DNA from: Lama glama
Taxonomy: Eukaryota
Length of the DNA stretch: 64,000 nt
Assembly (NCBI GenBank): GCA_028534125.1
Contig: CM052816.1
Span: 18,106,001 to 18,170,000, forward strand
Reading direction: 5' to 3'
This document shows, in pieces, positions 37,130-50,199 of this stretch (within the stretch, counting starts at the first letter, position 1; each line of letters starts with the position of its first letter). The notes under the pieces are model-generated. The model was not told where the DNA came from and did no database searches. It saw only the letters and a program-made list of their open reading frames with translations. A program made the translations under genes and the position numbers.

Positions 37130-39065
37130 AAAATATTAAAAGTAATGTACAGAAACTATATGCAGAAGTTAAACCAAATACTGGGGAAAATCAAATAAGA
37201 CGTAAAAGATGTGGCAGATGAAATGTGGTCCTGTATTGGATGTTGCTATGTTATAAAGATGTCAGTTCTCTTTGCACTATTTCATAATTTTATCGTAATT
37301 CAAAAAAAGTAAAAAACAAAAAACCCAACACCGCATAGGATTTGGGGGACATTTAACCATGATTAAACATGATTTTTAAACCCATATATAAAAAAGAAAT
37401 CAGTGAGAGTGACCAAAAAGTTTGTAAAATAATAACAAAGTTGGTTTTGTACTGCCAGATAATGAAACATATTAAAGAGTTACAATTACTCAAGTCATAT
37501 GAGTATAAGTGGAGAACAGACAGTCAAGAGAAAGAATAAGAAAGTATGAAACAGGATATTAGTGCAGATAAGGAAACTATGAGCAATAGGGGAAGTGTTG
37601 CCCTTTTCATAGTGTTAGGATTTGCCTACATTTTTTGAAAACTGGATTTTTATTTAAAATTATTCACCTAAAGGTATATTAAAGAATAATGTAAAAAGTA
37701 AAACCAAGAAATAACTAGAGCAAAATATAGACGAATACCTGCTCTCTGTGTGAGAAAATACTAAGCACAAAAGCAAACAGAGAAAATTGGGAAAAAAATT
37801 CAAAGATCAAGTACAGAAAATTTTAAAACTTGAATATGTTGGAATGTTTGGAAGTCGGAAGAGTATTTGTAACATGTAAGACAAAGGGTTAATATTTCAA
37901 ATACAAAGATAATTTAGTAAATCAATATGAAGGCAATCCACTTGTTGGAAAATGGCAACCGATGTAGCAGGCAGTTCACGAAAGAAGCCACATTAAGAGC
38001 CCAAGTTAAAGAAAAAAAGCTCAAGCTCACTGTCATCAAGAAAACAAACATTAAACCCATTATATATTTTTTTTTGCTTATTACCCAAGTAGGATATTTT
38101 TCATTGCAAATTACAGAAAACCAGAATAAATGTCACTCAGAAAATCAGAACATTTATTACCTTATACAAGAGTGTGGTCTGGAGCAGGTCCCTGGTAGTT
38201 AATCTGGTGCCTCACCAAGCTGTCAAGGCCCCACTTTTCCTACCTTTCCCTCTGCCATCCTCGGCACACTGCCTCCAGTCCTCCATGCACGCCCCCTCAT
38301 GGTCACTCCACGGGGGCAGTAGATCTTTCTAGATGTCCTCTTCCACTTCAAGAACTGGGAAAATGGACAGTTTTCCCTTCTGTATCTCTTTTAATCAAAG
38401 AGGGACTCATTTCCTAGAAGCCCTCAAGATGTCCCTTCACATGTCATGGGCCAGAACCGTGTCATGTGCCCATGACTAACCGAGTCACCGGAAAGAGATA
38501 TGGAATTACCACGACTGGCTTAAACTAGCTAAGATTTATCCCGAGTCCGAATTAAATCTTATAGACTGCTAGTAGAGGATAAACTGACGCAAACTTCCCA
38601 GGCAAAACATCAAAAGTGTTAGAACTATGTATACCCATGAACCCACAATTCGACTTCTTCCAGAAGAAGTACTCTCAAATGGGCTCAGAGAGATAGCTAG
38701 AAGGTTGTTCATCACTTAGGTATTTTCAAGAATAAAGAAATCAGAAGCAAGCCACATGTACAAAAATCAGAGGTTGGTTAAATAACTAAGGATATTATTA
38801 CAAGGTGGAATACTATGGAACTGTGAAAATTATGCTCACTCTATATATTTATATGAACATATATTCATGTTCTATTAAGTGGGGAAATGATGCTAAAACA
38901 TTAAATAAATATGTAAAAGTCTGAAAGGATATATACCAATATCTTAGCAGTGAGCTATAAGTAGTGTGATTATTGTAATTTTTTTGCAGTATTTTGGGGG
39001 TATTTTCCAACATTTTCTGTAATAAATGTTATTTTTATAATTAAAATGGAGATAACATTTAAAAG
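37130..39065 (+). mobile_element. Highly decayed L1ME-type ORF2/3' UTR (interrupted by MLT1J)
   Basis: A-rich, with L1 motifs 'ataaagatgtcagttctc', 'gagtatttgtaacatgtaagacaaagggttaatat' and 'ggttggttaaataact...ggaatactatggaactgtgaaaa'. Confidence 0.7.
38088..38550 (-). mobile_element. MaLR LTR, MLT1J-like
   Basis: 'ttgcaaattacagaaaacc', 'ttccctctgccatcctc', 'cacatgtcatgggccagaaccgtgtcatgtgcccat' and 'ggaattaccacgactggctta'. Confidence 0.82.
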
Positions 39066-39589
39066 GAAAAATAATTCTGTTACATTCTTTCTTTCCTTTC
39101 ACAAATGAGATAAAGGGACTGACAGCTACATTAGTTTGGGATGTCTGCTTCAGTGCAGAGGAGATGGGTTTGGCTGGAGCTGCCTCATTCCTGGCGCCAG
39201 GAGGAGCCTGTGGTGGGACTGAATTCCAGCAGAGCACTCGGTGCCCAAGTGTGCGGATGACTCAGGCTCCCCTGGAGCCAGGGGCGCACCACTGTTTCCT
39301 TAGCTGATTCTATCTCCCTTGTTCAGTTCTTAAATGAAACAGGAAAGTGGCTTTGCGTTATTTTTAAGTGGAAATTTAACTAGGTACATAGAGCTTGTTC
39401 TAAGAACCAGCTGGAAGTAACAGAAAGGAGCTGAGGGAAATAAACTACAGAGGTGTCTAACAATTTTGTTTTATCATTAAATAGAACAAACCTCTGCCCT
39501 TCTTTTACCCTCTTTTCTGTGTAAAGTTTGGAAATAATATTTCATTAACTGCAGAATCTCTCTATTTGGAAGAGTTTCAGTAATAGCCA

Positions 39590-39850
39590 CCATGAGAGTT
39601 TACAGCTGCTGTGCACTCAACCCTGTGCCGCCTTGCTAAATTCTCTGCACATTTTATTGAATTTAATACACATGACTATCTTGGGAAGGCAATGCTATTT
39701 TTATGCTCTTTTTACTGAAAAGGAAGTTGGTGACTTTTTTGGGGGGAGGTGGGTAACTTTTCTCAGGTAACAGGGCTAGTAAGTAGCAGAGGCCAGAGTG
39801 TATCCTTATCTGTCAGGCTCTGGAGAGGAAATTGTCCACCCCTTTGCTGT
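39590..39850 (-). mobile_element. MIR
   Basis: 'ctgtgccgccttgctaaattctctgcacatttta...ggtaacttttctcaggtaacagggctagtaagtagcagaggc'. Confidence 0.65.
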
Positions 39851-41109
39851 ATTCCTCTTTTAACTCAGGGAGAAGGGATCAAGGTCATGATATGATGGTG
39901 AAGAGGAGGTCAGAGAAGGGACAGTGTCTGTGACCTATCTAGCTCCCAGGGAAGGCTGCAGAAGATGAGCGCTGGCTGTGAAAGATGGAGCCTTTATGGT
40001 AGGGATGGGGGTGTGCGTTCAGGTGTGTGCATGAAAGTGTGTGTGTGTTTGTAAGAGCACCACGCCTGTTTCACTTGGATGAGGTACTCAGGTGTTTCAC
40101 TTGGCCCTAGACCTTAGACGGAGAAGCTAATTAAATTATAACTATATTTCTCAAATTCTATGGGCAATTTCTCATTTTACACATTCATTTTGCAATCCTT
40201 GGCCCTTGATTCAGAGTTGTGGGACTGTCACCCTATAATTATGGGTTTTCCCCGGGTGCTCCTGTGAACACACATACTCTCACAACATGCTCACTCACAA
40301 ACTAAGATTTGTCAGTTTAAACTGTTTGGATCCTGGAAGGATGACTTTATAAGCCTTAATGAAGTCTGGACATGGGTGGGCTCTGTCTGATCTCCTGGGC
40401 ATGTTACCTTATGGCAGAGGTTTCCTTTTGAGGTTTTCATTTTAAATGCTAAGCCTAGGGGCAACTCTAAGCATGGAAGTCACTATGACCATCATTCATA
40501 TAACAACTTTAGTGGAACACCTACTACAAAACAGGAACAGAAATGATGTAAGAATGACCTTCTTATATATTATACCTCTCCTCTCTATGTAGATAAGGAT
40601 ATGATATACATGTATATATACTTATATATTACATTTTCACATTCTCACATATTATATATATAATACACATGACCTCTTATATGTTATATATCTCTGAACT
40701 TCCTGAAAAATTCTGGAAACCAGTCCGGGTAGCATTTACAGATGAATTACAATAAACCTTTATACTTTAGAATGGAAGGATTTTCATTCATTTTCTCATG
40801 GTAGCTATTTTTCATTCACTGTCTCATGGTAATTAAGGGGCCTAAACCCTTAATTATCACCACGTTTACGACCGGAAGACATTGTTCTAACCATCATCAG
40901 ATAGGTCTGAAGCATGCCTGGCATCTCCAGGGCTCACTGTGTTCTACTGGGCATAGTTTCTGCTCTGAGGAAGCAATTGTCTATCTCTACTGTTACATTT
41001 ACTTTACTTTCAGTCCTGAAGCCAGTAAAATATGTTAAGAGATTGTATTCCCAACTTTCTACCATAATATCAATTTTTTAATAAAGAAAAGTTTTTAAAA
41101 AAGGAGTTC

Positions 41110-41600
41110 ACTAAAAAGGAGGTGTCAATAAATGTATGAAAAAGTTAAAAGATATGCAAATTAAAAGAAGATTGAGATATCATTTTCACCTTCAAGTTGG
41201 CAAGTTTGTAAAATGACTATACTACAGTTAGCAAAGGTGAGGAGAAACCAGAACTTGCCAGGCAACAATATAAATTGGTCTGGGATTTCTGATGGAAAAT
41301 TTGACAAGATACAAGAAAAGCCCTAAAAAATGTATTCATCCTAGAACCCAAAATTTTTGCATCTAGAAGTTTTTATAAGAACATAGTAGCAATATGTACA
41401 CATATATATGTTTCAAGGTCTTTATCAAAATATCACTTAGAATATTTAGAAAAACAAAAAAAAACTTCAAACAATAAATGAAGTCAATGTTGACACCATA
41501 CAGCTATTAACTAGGTAGAATGGAATATTTACAATATTTCACTCAGTGAAATAAAAAGGGTTAACAAAATATTCTATAGGTTATTATTCCACTTGATTTT
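41110..41600 (+). mobile_element. Decayed L1ME-type 3' fragment
   Basis: 'atgcaaattaaaagaagattgagatatcattttcacc...gttggcaag' and 'acccaaaatttttgcatctagaagttttt'. Confidence 0.7.
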
Positions 41601-41604
41601 ATGT

Positions 41605-41609
<5 letters not shown>

Positions 41610-41646
<37 letters not shown>

Positions 41647-41656
41647 ATGCGTGTGT
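41610..41656. repeat. (TG)n microsatellite
   Basis: About 16 perfect TG units plus an imperfect tail. Confidence 0.95.
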
Positions 41657-42019
41657 CTAAATACAGAGTGGTGTGGGCAGAGAAACAGGTTAGAAAATCA
41701 GATACTAGAATACCTTGGGGCTCTCCATCTAGTAGTATTAGAACTGATTTAAGAATTGGTTGAGGAAAGCTATATGGCCAAAATATTACTTCGTGGTATA
41801 ATTTTCAGTGTTAAAATAATCAACTGTTCTGTGACTTCAGTGAATCACTGAATGCTTTGTAGAAAGCTGATATGTAGTTTTCTGCAACTGTAAATCCAGG
41901 TACAGGTTCACACAAGTCCTGACATCAGGGTCTCAGTCAAATAATAGTCTTAAGCCAGCCTTAAGCAAGTCTTAATAATCTTGGCCAGCCCCTTCACTAA
42001 GGCCTTGGTAGTAATAAAA

Positions 42020-42260
42020 GCTACTTTGTAGTGAATACTTAATATATCCTGGGCTCAATGCTAGTCACCTTTTGGTATATGTTCTTATTATCCTTTCACT
42101 AACCCCAGGACCTAGGGACAGTCAACTCCTTCCTGTGAAAACCCCAAGCTTAAGAGAGGTTAGGAGACCTGCCCAGTTCACAGAGCCAGTGAGTACCAGA
42201 GCAGGAATTAAATCCAGCTCTACGACTCTCCACCTGTGCGCATAACCTACCTGTAACACA
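42020..42260 (-). mobile_element. MIR
   Basis: 'gcttaagagaggttaggagacctgcccagttcacagagccagtgagtaccagagcaggaattaaatccag'. Confidence 0.8.
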
Positions 42261-44919
42261 GCCTCCCATCCACCCAGTCCACTGTCAGAGTGAATTCCCT
42301 TCACTCTTCAGGGTAAGCCTCTCATTAGCCCTCTCTCCTCTTTCCCAAAGCACATCAGCTTCCTGCTTTTCTTCTGGCCAATGAAAGTCAATTGAATACT
42401 TTATTACAGATAATCTGATAAATATCTAGCAAACAAAGAAGAAAAGTGATACATCTGCAAAAATTCTTTAGGTATGTGTTTAAGAACGTGCATCTTGGAA
42501 ACAGGAAAAAGGCCCAATGAAGCTAATGTGTTTTGCATAAATATCATTATTCTTGTACCTTAGAGCAAAGCAAATATTGGTTTATACGTTGCCTGAAGAG
42601 CCTTAGGGGGAAAATTAGCATGAAAACCATTTGCTTTCTAAATACAAAGCTTAACTCACCAAATACGGCTAAATAAAGACAGCACAGTGAAATAAATCTG
42701 ACAGTAAACATCTCTGAGATGACTTAGAAACACAGGAAATTTAGAAGAGTTGGTCAAATTGTCCCGTAATCTGGTGGGTGGTCCCTGAGGCCTGATGCTT
42801 CGTTCCTCACTTTGCTGGCTTGCCCTGCAGTGAGATATTACTAAACCAGGCAGGGGCAGTGATCTGGGTGGGCTACCTACAGGGCCAACACATCTTACCA
42901 GGAAGAAAAATGAATGCACACGACACCTAAAAATAGCTTGGCAAGACCAAAATGCTGATCATTCTCACAGCTGGACACTTTGGCCTTCACAAAACTCGAT
43001 CCTGCCCTGAGGACCTAGTTTGAAATATAGAGGAAGAGCAGCCTTGCTGCTCCCCAGCACTTGCCCTCTGGCAGATCTATAATCGCTCTCTGTCCTGAGG
43101 TTCAGTTGTGCTGTGCCTGTACCGGAACAACCAGTCCAAAGCTAAGAAGGCCTGGACTCTGAAGAGCCCACAGGTCTGGGTCAGATGAGGGGTTGGAGGT
43201 GGGGGTTGGAGTCAGCATCCTGACCAAACTCTATGAGGAACCCCAGCCTTGAAAACCCCCTTGACCTAGCATTGCTTTGTTTTTCACACCATCACCTCAC
43301 ACCACGAGGGGCTGGCACTGCTGTCCTCATCCTATATTCAGCCAAAGAGGAAAGACGTGTAAGATGAAAGGATAGAATTTTCCAGCTCCTGCTCAAATCC
43401 ATCATCTACTAGGGAGCAAATGGAGACCGCTGATCACAAGAGCTAGCAAAGAGATGCAGACTAGGAACGGCTGCTCAGCATCCGTCTCTAACAACCCTGG
43501 GAAGAATTCCCAAACAGCATCATTTACAAAAGAACCAACAAATGACCCTTTCCTGACATCGCCCACAGCTTGTGACAGAATCCATATGTGCCATTCCAGA
43601 AATCACTTTAATCTTACGCGTTTTATACGATTTCCTCCTTAATGATGCTGTTTGGATGTTTCAGATTTTAGAACCGTGATGAGTGCTTTAAACACTCGAT
43701 GGCTTGATCGGTCTGTTTCTGTGGCTGCTGTCATAAATAATGTTGTGTTAATCTTCACAGACTGAAAAACATCTTTACTCTAATATGCTATTGATCAATG
43801 TGTCCCAAGAAAGCAATCTGAATTATACTGAGAAAAACTGGAATGGAATTTAACAAACTTCATTCTTCTTATGGATTGTGAAGGAGATATAAAATAGGTA
43901 TTCTGTAAGACTTTAGAATTGATTTTCAATTAGACAGAAAACAGCAGAAAATAAGGGTGCTTTCCTCAGAGTGCAAAGGGTCAACCAAGCAAGCAAATTA
44001 AGCTCTAATTAACCTTAGCAAGATGTTTACTCTAAGATCTAGCTTGTTCGCCTGTAAATGAGAATGATACCTGTTGCTGCGTGAAGACTGAATTTTACAA
44101 AGGGGTGCCTAAACTTTTAAGCACTTCTTAAAGGCTCACCATCATTATCATCATCACCACCATCATTATTATTACTGCCAATTTTCATTTCAAGCATATG
44201 GACGTATAGGCAACATCGAATCAAGGAAGATGGGGATGGTGCACCGTGGGAATTCAGGTAGTTAGAGGGCTAGGACAATGAGGCAAGACCCATATTGTGC
44301 GGGTGGACTGATGGATCTTGTGAGCACATTTAGTCCATCTAACCTCAGAGAGTTGCAAACATGTACCTCCAGTCACATGAGGGTCTCGGTAAAGTCATGG
44401 TCTGCCCAACAAACTCACATCCCATAAACACACCTGTCTCTCAGGTGGTACATTAATCAGTACTAGGAAGCCAGATAAGTGAGTTGGGCACTTTAGCCAC
44501 CATCTGTGCATATCGCTGGATAAAGGAAGTCTTGAGGGCCACATTTTAACTGAGTATAAGAGAAGCTTACTTTAAAAGATACAATTAATAAGCAGGCACC
44601 CAAGTCCCTTAAAACTCCGCTTATTGCTATGTTGTGATCCAAGATACTCCCCCTTGAAGAAAAGTCTTAGTCCTCTCATATGCGGATTCTTAGGAGCTTT
44701 TTTCAGTTGCCATTCATCTGTCTACCAGTTTACTGAGTTTTTTCGTCTGAGTGTAAGGTAGAGAGCTAACTGTTGGACCTACGGACTTACAGTGATCAAG
44801 GAATAGTGTCAAGAATTCACCTGGGGGAGCAGGAGACACTTCATTACACTATACCCTCAAGAGGGCTTGTGGGATGGCCACTTTTAGAATCACTGGTCCC
44901 TCTTATGCCTATAAGCACA

Positions 44920-45405
44920 GGCAGCTCCTTATGAGCGCCCCGGGCCTGAGTCCTGCATCTCTCCATTCTATGGGGTCAAATGAGGGTTAGGGAGAAGCTG
45001 TGTGCGCCTGGCTGTCAACATGGGGCTACAAAGGGGGAGTGTCTGGAGAAGGCTGGGAAACTCCTGCCTCCGTAGAATCAGTCACCACTTCAGAATTCAC
45101 CTGTGGCCTATGGCCAAGAACATGGGAGTGGGCCTGGGACTGCTACTGGTTGGCAGAAACAGATGAATTTCATGAGCAACAGGAAGAGAGCAGGGGCTGC
45201 CTGAGGCTTCCCAGGCAGCTGGCCAGCGTTCATCATCGTGCCTGACTCTGCCACCCACGAGGGTATGGCCTCTGCTCTACCTCATACCTCGCACACAAGC
45301 TCCTCCGGCGGCCCTCACTCAGAACCACAGGGGGAGGGGAGTCCTGGGAAATGCCCCCTGCCGTGCACAGGAGAAGCAGTGTTGAGCTAATGAAGAGAAC
45401 CGTGC
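44920..45405 (-). mobile_element. Old ERVL LTR (LTR33/LTR41/LTR50-like)
   Basis: 'agaaccacagggggaggggagtcctgggaaatg' resembles the antisense 'gggaattctgggaaatgtag' hallmark of this group. Boundaries are uncertain. Confidence 0.45.
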
Positions 45406-45414
45406 CTGTCTCGG

Positions 45415-45615
45415 AATGGTGATGTCACATGGGCTCTGGACCCAGACTCCAGAACACCGCTCTACCACCTACCAGCTCTGCAACCTTCACAGGTCTAACT
45501 GCACAGAGCTTCAGCTGTTTATGTGGAAAACGGAGAAAATAACAGAATTGACCTCAGAAGGCTGCTGGGAGGATTAAATGAAATAAGACATGTCAAAGGC
45601 TTTGTTCAGGGACAA
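45415..45615 (+). mobile_element. MIR with (AAC/AAT)n tail
   Basis: 'atgggctctggacccagact...ctctaccacctaccagctctg...ggaggattaaatgaaataa'. Confidence 0.8.
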
Positions 45616-46118
45616 AATAACAATAACAATAATAATACCAACAACACTGCAATAACAATACTGAAAATAGTATTATACCATGTGCCTTGTAATGGCAAGG
45701 CATTAAGTCCAGCATGGCCTTCCACACTCAGTACTCCAGAAACTGGCCAGACTGTACTGATGGATGGCTAGAGCAATCCAGTCTGCTCCATATTCAGTCT
45801 CTGACAAGATGCCATGATCTGCAGGGGACTATATTTTATCCTATTCTTATAAGCATGAGCCCTAGCCAGTAAATTACATGAGGAAATGTGCTTGGATGAC
45901 AAGAATACCCTCTGGGTTAGCTGTGTGCTCAGAGTGACACACAAAAGAAGTGGAGATGACTGTCAACAGGCTGTTTGACTTGAGAGAGGCCACAGAGAGA
46001 CTGACTCACTGGCAAGCTAAACATGAGGAAACTGTCTGTTTTTAACATTGTGGGTTACTTCTGATGATTTCTAGTCAATTCAATTATTTTCAATCCAACA
46101 GCCACATTTGAATACTTA

Positions 46119-46120
<2 letters not shown>

Positions 46121-46154
<34 letters not shown>
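46121..46154. repeat. (TG)n microsatellite
   Basis: About 16 TG units. Confidence 0.95.
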
Positions 46155-46155
<1 letters not shown>

Positions 46156-46164
46156 CAGTAGGCT

Positions 46165-46990
46165 AAGTTTCCATTTATTAAGCAAAAATACTAAGTGTCA
46201 AGGCATTATGTTAGGCATTAATCATTTCATTAAATGTCATAATTAAAAATTAAAATTTAAAGTTAATGTAGGGGATAAATAAGACGTAGTTCTTTTCCTG
46301 AATAAGATACAGTCTAAGAGATTGGGCCAGGATGTAGGAGGAAAAGAAACACTATATAGATCATGAGAAGCATTTTATAAGCGGTACAAACATTGCCGTG
46401 AGCCCCAGACCAAGGGAAGTGCACACATTCACATGCTCAAGTGTCAGCCCACACATTATCTTCTCAAAAAGGCCTTTGTCCAAACTCAAGTAGCCCACCT
46501 CCCTTTGTCACAATACCTCACAGCTGTGACCACAATTGGTGATTTTTAAAAACTTTACTTTCTTTACTGTCATCTCCTTCAACTGGGAGATAAATTCCAC
46601 AAGATGAGAGACTTTATTTTGTTTGATGCTATTTCTTCTGGGACTAAGACAGTGCTTCTCACTAAAGAGATGCTCACTAAGTATCTGTTAATAAATGAAC
46701 GTTTAGTTGATAGGATCAGAAAAGACCTCATAAAAGAAGTGGTATCACTCAAAATGTGTCTTAATAAAGGAAGAGTTTCAACAAGTGGAGTTTGGAGTTG
46801 GAGTAGAGAGGTCATTACAGCAGACAGGAACAGGGTGAGTAAAAGTCCAGAGGTGCATGTCTCCATTCTCAAGGAATCTGAAACATCAGACCATGCACGT
46901 ATTGGAGTATGAAGGCATGAATGCATGGGTTAGTTTAAAGAGTGGGCTATGGTTGAAAGGAGAGCTGAGTTTGATGTCAGGAACTCTCTG
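46165..46990. mobile_element. L2 (-) fragments flanking an L2 3' end on + (~46430-46705)
   Basis: Minus strand: 'catttattaagcaaaaatactaagtgtcaaggcattatgttaggca' and 'ggatcagaaaagacctcataaaagaagtggta'. Plus strand: 'ataaattccacaagatgagagactttatttt...agatgctcactaagtatctgttaataaatgaa'. Confidence 0.75.
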
Positions 46991-47121
46991 GCCCTGTAGA
47001 CAGAGTTACTCTCCTTGGGGGACCCACACAGGAGCCCAGAAGGCACCAAGCTGCCACGGGGTACAGAAACTCCCTGATGGAACACACTCTTCCAGCTAGA
47101 ATGCAGCAGTGCATGCACTGC

Positions 47122-47593
47122 CTGTGGCAGAGGCTGTTAATCCTCACTGAATAGCCGGTAACTCAGAATCTTTTGGTTGCGGGGGAGGGGGGGTCACATG
47201 ACTAATTCTTTAATCCAAAGGATGTGCTGCTTCTAGTCACTGTTAATCATGAAAGGGAGTGCTTTCTCTCTGGCCCCTCTCTGTCATCTATCTGCACAGT
47301 CAGAAGCAGAGGACTCCAAGATGGTGGAACAGCAGAACGGAAGAGGTCTGGGTCCCTGAGCCACTGCCTGTAGAAAAGTCACTGAGGACACAACATTGTA
47401 AAATGACTATAACTCAATAAAAAAATGTTTATATAGAAAAAAAAAAGATTAAAAAAAAAGTCACTCAGGGAAGTCCCCAGTCCACAACAGACTGATGTGG
47501 CAGATGACCCTTTGTTGTTGCAAGCCAAAGCCGTCGGAGTGTTTATTCTCCTGCAGCATTCAGTAGACTAGACTAGCCTCCCTGACTAATACA
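47122..47593 (+). mobile_element. MaLR solo LTR, MLT1H/I-like
   Basis: Starts 'tgtggcagagg', contains 'ggtcacatgactaattct' and 'ggtctgggtccctgagccactg', and ends 'ccctgactaataca'. Confidence 0.8.
47388..47455 (+). mobile_element. Ultra-short young L1 3'-tail insertion
   Basis: 'acacaacattgtaaaatgactataactcaataaaaaaatg' plus an A-rich tail, flanked by TSD aaaagtcactgagg (47374-47387) / aaaagtcactcagg (47456-47469). Confidence 0.9.
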
Positions 47594-48689
47594 CTTTTTT
47601 TTGAAAAACTTCTTCCTTTGTTTCTTTTTGGGGGGGGGGGAGAAGGTGGAAGCTCAGCTTTGATTGAATCTTCATATATACTACAACCATAATGTGCAAC
47701 CATTTAAATAATTTAGCCAATCAGACTAATGTCCCTGCTTTAAACCTTCTGTTCCCATCCAAACTTGGTACATCACAACGTAATACTGGTGATGGACAGT
47801 ATCGGTCTGATTGCCACTTTCCGTAATAGTGGGGTCTTCTATTTAGGAAATGATTTTAAAACACTGTTTTAAGCACTACAGAATCTGATATGGGTAAGAA
47901 CTACCAAATTTCCCTACATTTTTAACCATCCCCACTTCCTCCTCTGATGTCTATATTGACCCTTATTTCAGTTTCTGGTTAATATAAACAATTCCCAACT
48001 GAATGACCAAGTTTGATCGGGGGAGAGAGGTGAGAAGGCAAGTACAGCAAGGGTCTATGTAAAATGCAGGGCCCCTGCCAGTCCGGGGGCACTGCCCCCC
48101 AGAATGCTATGTGACAGATGCTTTCTGGAGGACAGTTCTCTAAGATGCCTTGCACAGAGTGCTCCAGGTTGTGCCATCGACAGGGAACTGTGCTCTCATG
48201 GTTGTACAGTTTGGTGGCAATGTGAGCAATGCAGCAGTAATCCAAAGCCCACAATGAATTATAAATGCCAACCCCCTTCACACATAAATGGATCAAATTA
48301 GAACTTGGTCTCTAAATGGAGTAAGCGTGTCTTCAGAAAAAGACAGAGGCTGATTAACGCACAAGCTGGAGTACCATCTTCTGAAAATGGAGTAACCTCT
48401 GACCTCAACCCTCTGGCTCATTTGAGATGGGTGTCTTTGCATTCCCATTTAACATGATTTCCAAGTAATTGGTGAAATTATTCTAGATATTGGTTCAATA
48501 ATTGCATAAAGCATTTAATTTTGAATTTAGAGAGAAAATTAGATGAATATAAAAATTTATACTCACTTAAGCCTCAGTTGTTCTCAGAGTTCAAGTAAGC
48601 AAAGCTCTAACTCCAAGGATCTAGAGCTCCTTCTGATACGAATTTTTCAATGAAAATGTGTGTGTGTGTCTATGTATAATCCATGTTCA

Positions 48690-49300
48690 CTAATGAAAAC
48701 TTAAAAGTAGAAAAGAAAAATATGGGAAAATCACCTAGGATTCTGCCACCCAAAGCTACCTACTATATACATTTCTCTGTATATTTCACAGAATTATAAT
48801 TATATTTAAAAAGTATTATATTGTGAATTAAGTTTGTAAGCCGCATTTTTCTTTTTATGTCTGTGCTTTCTCCGAAATCTTTAAAAACCCTTTAAAAAAA
48901 TTTTAAAGGCTGCATAATATGCCACACTATAACTGTAGCAACATTTAATCCTATATATCCTTATTACTGCATATTTAGAGTATTTTTTAAAGTGCAGCTT
49001 ATTCCATGTTACAAATAATTAATTTGTTATATATCATCATGTTTACACATGACTATACTTTCTGTGTTTTAGATTACTAACTTAGGATATATTCCAAGAA
49101 GTGGACCATGGAGTCAGAGAATACAGTCCTTTTTTGAAATATATTTTTGGCCATACTAATATATTTCTGAATATAAAAGAAATTGTGAAAAATTATTAAC
49201 CATGCTCTAGCTACCAGAAGATAATCACTGCTAATATGTTTATTGATACATATATTTCTTTTCATGTGAAAATATAAACTCAAATAAAAATGGCACTAGG
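48690..49300 (-). mobile_element. Decayed L1ME-type fragments
   Basis: AT-rich, with 'ggctgcataatatgcca', 'ttaggatatattccaagaagtgga' and 'ataatcactgctaatatgtt'. Confidence 0.55.
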
Positions 49301-50199
49301 ACTAAGTAATTCCCTCTTATATTAAAATATTCGGGTGCCCCTTTTATCCTAGCTTCCAGAATCCCAGGGTTGGAGCAGGTGGCAGAGGGCAGGGAATGAA
49401 TGTCCAATCGGAAAGACAGGACTGGACGTGCACATGAAGGAGAGGGGACAGCATAAGTGGATCATGCTAGCTTAAACAGGCAATGTGCTTTGAATGCTCG
49501 TCCACTCCTCCATATTCAACATTCTCCTCTCAGAACCTCATTAGAAAGAGTCTGCCACACTTCACTTCTAAATGCATTCTGCCCAGCAGAACTGGATCTT
49601 CTCCAGATACCATCGACTTCACAGAAATCGATGTGGTGGTGGTTGTCCGTTCCAAGAATAATCACTTTAAAGACCCCTTGAATATACAAAAATTAATAAC
49701 GGAGCAAGTCATTGCAATCCATACAATTAAATCACTCCCGAGTACCCCCATTTTTTTCCCTCAACAATGGTGATAAGAGTCTGAGCTGACAGAAACTCCT
49801 GGGGGCACCTCATGTGAGCTCCAGAAGGGCCACGGTTTGATTCAGACTCGTCTTGTTCTGTGGAAGTCAGGGCTTCTGACCTCAGCTAACAAAGCCAGTG
49901 CTCTAGATACATGAGGAGAAAGGCCAGAGGGGGAAATGAACATTCCTACTCTAGTGAGAGCAGCCAGCCTTGTGTTTGGGGGGGTAACTAGTTGCATCAG
50001 AGTCAATCATTCAGTATTCTATCTCCACCAGTGGATGGTGCTTGGTGCTCACTCAAGAAGTATGTCCAGTAGCAAGCTAACCTGTCAGCCAGGAGTTGGA
50101 ATATTCTTAGCATTTCTTCCTCTGTGTGAGATGCTGAGGTGAGGATTCAATATTTCAGACCAACCCTCCCACTGAGATCAACCAGAAAATTGTGTGTGT

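Noticed and set aside
40067..40104. 12-bp direct repeat TGTTTCACTTGG
   Set aside because: Only two copies beside a degenerate TG tract; likely a trivial local duplication.
48050..48230. Possible MER91-like palindromic hAT remnant
   Set aside because: Only vague similarity; arms are not convincingly complementary.
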